This document shows, piece by piece, positions 9,991 to 17,273 of a stretch of DNA of 64,000 nucleotides; the first letter of the stretch is position 1, and the number at the start of each line of letters is the position of its first letter. Under the pieces are notes generated by a model. That model was not told the DNA's origin, made no database searches, and was given only the letters and a program-made list of their open reading frames with translations. The position numbers were made by a program, and so were the translations under genes. The DNA is taken from positions 640,001 to 704,000 of the forward strand of contig JAVZCZ010000001.1 of assembly GCA_038874135.1 (NCBI GenBank). Reading direction: 5' to 3'. Origin of the DNA: Candidatus Woesearchaeota archaeon (lineage in GTDB: Archaea; Nanobdellota; Nanobdellia; Woesearchaeales; 0-14-0-80-44-23).

Positions 9991-10311
9991 ATGGCAAAAA
10001 AGCAAAAAAAGAAGACCTCTCACCAAGCAGTAAAGAAGAAGGTGCAAGCTAAGAAGAAGACCGGGCAGAAGAGTGTAAAGCATGCACACAAGAATGCATC
10101 TTCAAAAACGAAGCGAAATGTAAAAGAGGAGAAGATGCAAAGAACTGCTAAACAACCTAAAGAGGAAGAAGAATTTTATGTGGATGAAGATGAGATAAGA
10201 GAGGAACCGTTCCCTTACTTCGCGGAAGATAGAGAAAATGAGGTTCCGGACGCTGACGAACCTGGTTATGACTTTGATGAAGACGAGTCCAGTTATGAGG
10301 ATGAATTTTAA
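9991..10311 (+). CDS. Low-complexity protein, Lys-rich N half and Asp/Glu-rich C half
   Basis: GAGGTG RBS, TTTATATA promoter, strong charge segregation. Confidence 0.7.
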   Translation: MAKKQKKKTSHQAVKKKVQAKKKTGQKSVKHAHKNASSKTKRNVKEEKMQRTAKQPKEEEEFYVDEDEIREEPFPYFAEDRENEVPDADEPGYDFDEDESSYEDEF

Positions 10312-10406
10312 ATCTTTTTTATAAAACATCCTGCCAGATAAAGGCAGGGTGGCGCCTTTCTGAAAAAGTTTAAATACTTGAATGCTAATTTAATGGTGAA
10401 AAAGAG

Positions 10407-10892
10407 GTGTTCAAAATATCCAATTTCTTACAAAATGCAGTTAAGGTTCTGGTGCTCGCTAACGGCACAGTAGTTAGAAATCTCTATGATCTCAGATTGG
10501 CTTTAAAATACATGGATGATAAGACTTTCTCCATTCATGTTAACCGGAATAAGAATGACTTTGTAAATTGGATCGAAGTTGCAATAGGAGACGTTAATCT
10601 GGCAAACAGCCTCCGATCAGCCACAACAAAGAAGGAAATGTATGAGATAGTTGATAGGAGAATAGAGTTTTTATCTTCCTCACTCACTACACGTTCTGAA
10701 AGCGAAGACAAAAAAATCCAGTCCCAGAACGATAAATATATTGATTATGAGTCCCTAGAAGATGATGTAAAGAAGGAAATTCTTAAAATTGAAGAGGGGC
10801 TTGGGCTTGAAAGGTTTAGGAAGGGACTTATTGAATTCCTCTTCGGTCTGGTGCTAGGCATCCTTTTCGGGTTCCTGCTGGCGATGCTTTAG
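10407..10892 (+). CDS. DUF5752-like domain protein with C-terminal TM helix
   Basis: NG..V.NL.DL..AL..MDD.TF..HVN..KNDF.NWI motif; hydrophobic C-terminus. Confidence 0.65.
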   Translation: MFKISNFLQNAVKVLVLANGTVVRNLYDLRLALKYMDDKTFSIHVNRNKNDFVNWIEVAIGDVNLANSLRSATTKKEMYEIVDRRIEFLSSSLTTRSESEDKKIQSQNDKYIDYESLEDDVKKEILKIEEGLGLERFRKGLIEFLFGLVLGILFGFLLAML

Positions 10893-10903
10893 CACGGTAA
10901 AAT

Positions 10904-12259
10904 TCACCTGAACCTTATACTACTCCCGCCAACCTTTCCAACCTTCCTTACAAGCTGTTCAAGGTTTCGCGGAGTCCCGCCGGAGAATGCTTTTATAAGC
11001 TTCTTACTCTGTTTATACTGCTTTAAGAGCTCCCTGACATCCTTAGCAGATGTTCCAGAGCCGCGCGCAATCCTTTCAACCCTTCCAAAGTCAATTATTT
11101 CCGGATTTTCCAGTTCATATTTAGTCATTGAGTCCATAATGAACTTCCAGCGCTTAAGCTTTTCATCCTGCACAGAAATTAGCTCCTTAGGAATTGAAGC
11201 GCTGCTGAGTCCAGGAATCATATTTATAATGCTGCTGAGAGGTCCCATCTTTTTAACTGCTTGCATCTGCTCATAGAGATCTAATAGGTTAAAGTCTCCT
11301 TTCAGCATTTTATCTTTGATTTTTTCAGCATCTTTTTCAGAAATTGCATCTTTTGCTTTCTCCAGCAGAGCGTCTATGTCCCCCATTCCGAGCAGCCTTG
11401 AAACAAATCCTGCGGGGTTGAACTCTTCTAAGTCCTCAATTTTTTCTCCAACACCTATAAACTTGACCGGGGTTCCAGTCGCTGCGCAGGCAGATAGTGC
11501 ACCCCCTCCCTTGGCAGTGCCCTCCATTTTTGTTATTATTACCCCAGTTATCTTGCAGTTGGCATGAAAGCTTTCCGCCTGAAATCTTGCACTCTGTCCA
11601 ATGTCAGCACTTATTACGAGAAGGTTTTCATCCGGCAGGATGCGCTCGTAGAGAGCTCTTATCTCCCTTATCAACTCATCTGAGAGAGCATCCCTTCCAG
11701 CAGTGTCTATTATTGCTATGTCATACTTCTTTATCTCATCTTCAAACTTTTCATATATCTTTAAAGCATCTCCAAGCTTAGGATCGCCATATACTGGCAC
11801 GCCGATTGACCTTCCAAGCTGTGTGAGCTGTTCAAAGCCGGCGGGCCTGTATATGTCTGTTTGGAGCAGGCAGACTTTGAATCCTCTTTTCTGGAAGAAT
11901 CTTGCGAGTTTTGCAGCCTGGGTTGTCTTTCCAGAAGCGTACAGCCCCACTAGCATTATTTTGAAGTTTTTCTTGTTAACTTCTATCTTAGCGCCCTTTT
12001 CTCCGAGAAATCTGACAAGCTCTTCATAAACTATCTTTATGAGCTGTTCCTTCTTGCTAAGCCCGGGGGTTTCCTCTTTTAAAGCGCGCTCTCTTATCCT
12101 GCTGGAAAGTTCAAAAACCAGTTTTACATCCACATCAGATTGGAGAAGTGCCTTCTGAATCTCCTTCACAAGCTCATTTATCAGTTTTTCATCTACAAAT
12201 AGGCTTTGAGATATCCTCTTTAGCACTCCTCTGAGAGAATCTCCAAGTTTTTCCAGCAT
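10904..12259 (-). CDS. srp54: Signal recognition particle protein SRP54
   Basis: GLYASGKTT, DTAGR, TKMEGTAKGGGALS, RLLGMGD, M domain RIARGSG. Confidence 0.96.
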   Translation of the reverse strand: MLEKLGDSLRGVLKRISQSLFVDEKLINELVKEIQKALLQSDVDVKLVFELSSRIRERALKEETPGLSKKEQLIKIVYEELVRFLGEKGAKIEVNKKNFKIMLVGLYASGKTTQAAKLARFFQKRGFKVCLLQTDIYRPAGFEQLTQLGRSIGVPVYGDPKLGDALKIYEKFEDEIKKYDIAIIDTAGRDALSDELIREIRALYERILPDENLLVISADIGQSARFQAESFHANCKITGVIITKMEGTAKGGGALSACAATGTPVKFIGVGEKIEDLEEFNPAGFVSRLLGMGDIDALLEKAKDAISEKDAEKIKDKMLKGDFNLLDLYEQMQAVKKMGPLSSIINMIPGLSSASIPKELISVQDEKLKRWKFIMDSMTKYELENPEIIDFGRVERIARGSGTSAKDVRELLKQYKQSKKLIKAFSGGTPRNLEQLVRKVGKVGGSSIRFR

Positions 12260-12311
12260 TTTATACTGAGCATTCTAAATCTTTTTATAAATTTATTGCG
12301 GAACCCATCCT

Positions 12312-12350
12312 AATCCAAAAGTTTATATACCTTTGGCGGTTTTTTGGATT
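12312..12350 (+). promoter_or_regulatory. thrS promoter: TATA box (TTTATATA) inside a 9-bp inverted repeat AATCCAAAA/TTTTGGATT
   Basis: Direct reading of 12312-12320, 12322-12329 and 12342-12350. Confidence 0.5.
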
Positions 12351-12379
12351 TTGGGCTATCTTTTGAAGTTTTTTATTAT

Positions 12380-12411
12380 TTTTTCAAGCCCTGTTGTAGA
12401 GGGATGAAAAA
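12380..12411 (+). promoter_or_regulatory. Candidate thrS operator hairpin mimicking the tRNA-Thr anticodon arm
   Basis: TTTTTCA..CCCT-[GTTGTAG]-AGGG.TGAAAAA; 7-nt loop with U-UGU-A; 3' arm covers the RBS and the A of ATG. Confidence 0.5.
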
Positions 12412-14315
12412 TGGTCGTAGTAAACATGGGAAATTCTAAGCACGTATTTAAAAGCGGAATTACCTGTAGTGAGATTGCAGGCTCTCTAAATATTAAAGAC
12501 GCAGTTGCTGCTAAGGTTGATGGAGAGCAGGTTGACCTGTCATACCGCGTGGATAAGGATTGCACTCTTGAGTTCATAAAGCTGTCCTCTTCAGATGGGC
12601 TAACAATCCTTAGGCATACAGCAGCGCACATACTCGCACAAGCAGTTCTGAGATTATTTCCCAAAGCTCTTCTGACAATAGGGCCAGCTGTGGAAGATGG
12701 CTTTTATTACGACATAGACCATGAGCCTTTCACCCCGGAAGACATTAAAAGGATTGAAGAGGAGATGCATAGAATAGTCAAAGAAAACCTTCCAATCATA
12801 AGGGAAGAGATTTCAAAAGAAGAAGCATTGAAGCTTTTCAGCAAAAATCCTTACAAGATTGAGATGATAAATGAGCTTCCAGGCGGCATTGTTTCAATTT
12901 ATAGGCAGGGGGAATTCTTTGACCTGTGCAGGGGCCCACACCTTCCGTATACCTCTCTTGTGAAGGCGTTTAAGCTTACTAAGATTGCAGGCGCATACTG
13001 GCGCGCAGACGCTAAAAACAAGCAGTTGCAGAGAATATACGGCATCGCATTTCCGGAAGAAAAGCAGTTAAAATATTACATTACCATGATGGAAGAGGCA
13101 GAGCAGAGGGACCATAGGAAGATAGGAAGAGAGATGGACCTGTTCAGCTTTCACGAAGAGGGCCCGGGATTTCCTTTCTTTCACCCAAAGGGCGTAATAA
13201 TTCTAAATGAGCTCGTTCAGTTCTGGAGGGAAGAGCATTCCAAGGCAGGCTATCAGGAGATAAAGACGCCGATAATTCTTTCAAAGACACTCTGGGAGCG
13301 CAGCGGTCATTGGGAGCACTACCGCAATAACATGTACTTCACTAAGATTGATGAGAAGGACTTTGCTGTAAAACCGATGAACTGCCCAGGAGGCATTTTA
13401 GTATACAAATCCTCCCCTAAGAGTTATAGGGATCTTCCTCTCAAACTTTCTGAGCTCGGATTAGTGCACAGGCACGAGCTTTCAGGAGTGCTCTCGGGAC
13501 TATTCAGGGTGAGGTGCTTCACTCAGGACGATGCGCACATCTATGTTACAGAGGACCAGATAGAGGAGGAGGTAGTGAATGTTGTCAGACTGGTAGACAA
13601 GTTTTACAAGAAGTTCGGATTTGAATACCATGTAGAACTATCCACCAGGCCTGAGGATTATATGGGCGAACTTGAACTTTGGAATAGAGCAGAGTCAAGC
13701 CTTAAGCACGCTTTAGAATCCTTAGGAATGAAATATAAGATTAATGAGGGAGACGGAGCATTTTATGGACCTAAGATAGACTTTCACATAAAGGACTGCA
13801 TAGGCAGGACATGGCAGTGCGGCACTGTTCAGCTGGACTTTCAGATGCCCATAAAATTTGACCTGGAGTATGACGGGCAGGATGGAAAGAAGCACAGGCC
13901 AGTGATGATTCACAGGGTTGTTTATGGAAGTCTTGAGAGGTTCTTAGGCATTCTTATTGAGCACTACGCTGGAAGGTTCCCGCTTTGGCTGGCTCCAGTT
14001 CAGGTCAGAATTCTTACGGTTGCGGACAGGCATAATGAGTATGCTTCTCAGATAGAAAACATGCTCTCATCTAAGAAGCTGAGGGTTGAACTGGATTCGA
14101 AGGCTCAGACCATCGCCTATAAGGTGAGAGACGCTCAGCTGCAGAGAATTCCAGTGATACTCACAGTGGGTGATAAGGAAGTAAGCTCCAGAACAGTTGC
14201 ACTTAGGACTCTGGACGGAAGGGTTAAGTTTAATGTTGATCCAGCTAAGCTGACTGAAATCCTCATAAGGAATGTTGAGGAGCGCTCTAACTCTTTAGAG
14301 CTTGATGGAATTTAA
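12411..14315 (+). CDS. thrS: Threonyl-tRNA synthetase, bacterial type (TGS and SAD editing domains)
   Basis: RHTAAH, DLCRGPH, RDHRKIG, KPMNCP, RVRCFTQDDAH, GAFYGPKID. Confidence 0.97.
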   Translation: MVVVNMGNSKHVFKSGITCSEIAGSLNIKDAVAAKVDGEQVDLSYRVDKDCTLEFIKLSSSDGLTILRHTAAHILAQAVLRLFPKALLTIGPAVEDGFYYDIDHEPFTPEDIKRIEEEMHRIVKENLPIIREEISKEEALKLFSKNPYKIEMINELPGGIVSIYRQGEFFDLCRGPHLPYTSLVKAFKLTKIAGAYWRADAKNKQLQRIYGIAFPEEKQLKYYITMMEEAEQRDHRKIGREMDLFSFHEEGPGFPFFHPKGVIILNELVQFWREEHSKAGYQEIKTPIILSKTLWERSGHWEHYRNNMYFTKIDEKDFAVKPMNCPGGILVYKSSPKSYRDLPLKLSELGLVHRHELSGVLSGLFRVRCFTQDDAHIYVTEDQIEEEVVNVVRLVDKFYKKFGFEYHVELSTRPEDYMGELELWNRAESSLKHALESLGMKYKINEGDGAFYGPKIDFHIKDCIGRTWQCGTVQLDFQMPIKFDLEYDGQDGKKHRPVMIHRVVYGSLERFLGILIEHYAGRFPLWLAPVQVRILTVADRHNEYASQIENMLSSKKLRVELDSKAQTIAYKVRDAQLQRIPVILTVGDKEVSSRTVALRTLDGRVKFNVDPAKLTEILIRNVEERSNSLELDGI

Positions 14316-15344
14316 TCATTCAAGAACGCCTTCCCGTTTTTTTATCTCTTTTATTAACTCTTCTCTTTTGAAGTCTTCTCCCAGTTTCTTTCTTATCTCA
14401 AATTCAACTCTATAAGCATTGTAGTTTTTCATGATCTTATCTACATAATTTATGATTTCTTTTGCCTTATCCTTCGGGTATGAATAATATTCTGAACAGG
14501 CTTTTTCTATGTATGGAACTAAGTCTTTCCACTCTTGCTCCCAGTATGCCTTGCCATTATCTCTAGATGCCATTTTTACAGCGTCTCTAACTACGCTTTG
14601 ACCACCGTTGTATGCAGCGAGTACCAGCTTTAAGTGTTCCCATCTTAGTTTGTAGTATCTTGCTGAATCTCTTTCTTTAAGCCATTCGGGCGGCTCGCAG
14701 AATTTAAGGTAGCTCTCCTTCTCATTAAGTATTTTTATTCCAGCCCTTATATTTGAATATGGGTCAAATCTGTTCTTCCAATCTTCTGCACTGACGCTGT
14801 TACGCATTATCTGCATCAGGCCTGAAGCTCCGCATTCAGATATACACCTTTCATTCCAAGTGCTTTCTGATTCTATTATTGCAGCTATGAGGGCAATGTC
14901 TTTCATTTTAGAGAATTCGTTTAGGATGTTCCAATATTTTTCAGGCATGTTTATTCTCTGGTAATTTTTTATGTAGTATGCCATTTCAGCTTCTGGAATT
15001 TTAGAAAGCACTTCTTCAAGAGATTTGTTGTTAGCTCTTGTCTCTTTCAGCTGCATTCTCTGAGCAGTAGCTTCCAAACCTTTCAGCTCCACACCGCAAA
15101 TTCCAGGAGTTTTGCCAATGTTAATCTGGACTACATTTGATGTTTCATAATTTTGTGTTTTATAGCAATCATACTTCTTGTCTTTTGAAATTCCCTTCGC
15201 AATACCCAGAGCCAGCAGTCCAACTCCGATAATTCCTGCTGCTGCTTTAATCAAGTTTTTCTTTCTTTTCCTTTTTTCTTCATAATCCAATCTGCCGGCA
15301 TCAGGGTTATTATACATGAATCGGAGCATCGGGTCTTTTTCCAT
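14316..15344 (-). CDS. Membrane-anchored lytic transglycosylase (SLT/GH23 domain)
   Basis: LIAAIIESES, GASGLMQIM, FDP..NI.AG, LAAYNGG, E..NYV.KI motifs; N-terminal TM after a basic stretch. Confidence 0.85.
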   Translation of the reverse strand: MEKDPMLRFMYNNPDAGRLDYEEKRKRKKNLIKAAAGIIGVGLLALGIAKGISKDKKYDCYKTQNYETSNVVQINIGKTPGICGVELKGLEATAQRMQLKETRANNKSLEEVLSKIPEAEMAYYIKNYQRINMPEKYWNILNEFSKMKDIALIAAIIESESTWNERCISECGASGLMQIMRNSVSAEDWKNRFDPYSNIRAGIKILNEKESYLKFCEPPEWLKERDSARYYKLRWEHLKLVLAAYNGGQSVVRDAVKMASRDNGKAYWEQEWKDLVPYIEKACSEYYSYPKDKAKEIINYVDKIMKNYNAYRVEFEIRKKLGEDFKREELIKEIKKREGVLE

Positions 15345-15369
15345 ATTTGTTACTAAGTAGTAGTGATAT

Positions 15370-16044
15370 TTAAATCTTTTGTTTTTTCGCGTTATCAAAT
15401 AGTATTTTCATAATAAGAAACAATATGACTTCTTCAATTGCTGTTGCTATCAAAACAAAAAACAGCCCATCCATAAAGAACCTTTCTGGAAAAAAAATTA
15501 GGATTCTGCTCCCTAAAGGAAACTGCCAGTTTCCCATTTTAAAAAATATTGCATGAAAACCAATGAAAGCTGCTGAGAAAACATTCCTAAAACAAACTGA
15601 AAATCCTAAGATAATCACTAGAAAGAAAGTGGCAAAAATCATTTTTCTAAGACATACAAAAAAATTATCCAGCATAGCTGTACTTACTGCTAACATCATA
15701 AGTAAGCCTGCCAAACAGACAATATAAACCTTAAACCCGAATTTAAACAAATTCTTAACATCATTCAGATGAGACGCTTCTTCTACACTAAAAATCCCCT
15801 CGCTGAGGGAAGCCCTTCCAACTAAAAAATCTGGGAATGTGTTAATGAATGATTCTGCGTCTTCCCTTGCAATTCCTACCTGTTCCAGCTCGCCATAAAT
15901 ATTTAGACGGTAGAACTCAAGCCTATACCATGTCTCACTGAAGGCAAGTGCGAAAGTGTTTGAAAGCATTAGAATAAATAGCAGGATTAAAGCCGCTAAG
16001 AAAGAAGATATCCAGCATAGTGCAACCTTGCTAATCTTTACCAT
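15370..16044 (-). CDS. DUF1461/TIGR01906 (Lit-like) integral membrane protein
   Basis: E..HL.DVK.LF, F..FH.IFF..GNWQF and FPE.FF motifs; four TM segments. Confidence 0.7.
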   Translation of the reverse strand: MVKISKVALCWISSFLAALILLFILMLSNTFALAFSETWYRLEFYRLNIYGELEQVGIAREDAESFINTFPDFLVGRASLSEGIFSVEEASHLNDVKNLFKFGFKVYIVCLAGLLMMLAVSTAMLDNFFVCLRKMIFATFFLVIILGFSVCFRNVFSAAFIGFHAIFFKMGNWQFPLGSRILIFFPERFFMDGLFFVLIATAIEEVILFLIMKILFDNAKKQKI

Positions 16045-16098
16045 AATATGCGTATTATCCAGCAAATTATTAAAACCTGTGCTTATTCTTTATGAAAA

Positions 16099-17190
16099 AT
16101 GTTTCGGAGAATGGTTCAGGCAATCATAGATTCTTCCTTTTTAGATGATACTTCAGCAGAGGAAATCCCTCTAGTCTCTCAAGGGTCCGCCGGAGTTCCA
16201 CTAACAAGAGAAAACTTTCACCCTCTAACCATATTTAAAAAGGAACTTCCGGAAATGGCTTTCTGCGATGGGGGAAACTGCGAGATTCTCTCAGCACCCA
16301 ATGCATCCATACAGCTAATCCGAGGCTACTTCTCAATTTTCAGAAGCAATCAGAAGGTTTTCTCGCACACAGAGCAGTTTTATCTCCTGGTAAAAGCTCA
16401 AGGCTCTGATGGGAAAATCAATTATAAATGCAGATTCTTCTCAGAGATGGGTTCTGAACTTTCGGAAGAGGAGATTTGCGCTCTTTTCAATATCCCTCAG
16501 GAAGAAAGGGAAGAATTTTTTTCTTCAACAAATAACTTTATATTTGATCCATTTGACCGGAACCTCACAACTTCCAGAGAAAGGGCTACCCCTTCAAAGA
16601 TTGCAGAGGTTATAAGAAGGCTGTTTGAACTTGCCATAGCAGAAAGAGCTGCTCACAAGCTTGAGTGTGGAATACTAATCTTAGACGGCTCATTGCAAGA
16701 GAGCCATCCCAGTGAGAATTATCTTATGCAACGACTTTTCAGCAAATGTAAATTTAGAAGAATTGTGCTTGGCGGCATGTCAAAAACTTCTAATCTGCTT
16801 ACAAACTCTGGCAAACCACTTCTGCCACTCCTTTCTTCAATATCACCGTTTTCAGAGTGGTATTACTTCCCAATCGTCAAAGAGCAGGATGACTCACTGG
16901 TCAGACAGTATGTTGTAAAACTTAATTCCTCTTCACCCTACTCTTTCAGGATTGAAATTGCGAGCTCACCCATTAATGCTGAAGAGGTTTTCTGGGCCCT
17001 TCAAAAGAACGCTACAGATTATGCCTTTCCCGGATATCCCTATGGTCTTATTGATGCTGACAAGTTTGCGCAGGTTTCAAATGATGAGAAAAAAATTCTT
17101 GTGGCTGCACTTCTTTCAGAATCTGGCTCTTCCAAACTTCAGCTGCTAGGTGCATCTCTGGACGCGCATAAAATTCTGAATACCCTTTAA
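16099..17190 (+). CDS. nurA: NurA-domain nuclease
   Basis: AFCDGG, ILDGSL, G.SKTS, GYPYGLIDADKFA motifs. Confidence 0.8.
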   Translation: MFRRMVQAIIDSSFLDDTSAEEIPLVSQGSAGVPLTRENFHPLTIFKKELPEMAFCDGGNCEILSAPNASIQLIRGYFSIFRSNQKVFSHTEQFYLLVKAQGSDGKINYKCRFFSEMGSELSEEEICALFNIPQEEREEFFSSTNNFIFDPFDRNLTTSRERATPSKIAEVIRRLFELAIAERAAHKLECGILILDGSLQESHPSENYLMQRLFSKCKFRRIVLGGMSKTSNLLTNSGKPLLPLLSSISPFSEWYYFPIVKEQDDSLVRQYVVKLNSSSPYSFRIEIASSPINAEEVFWALQKNATDYAFPGYPYGLIDADKFAQVSNDEKKILVAALLSESGSSKLQLLGASLDAHKILNTL

Positions 17191-17273
17191 AATATCACGC
17201 TTTTATAGTAATAACAAATCTTTTTAATATTCCCGCCAAATATTCAGAGTGCCAGGGAAAAAGAGGTGTTATA

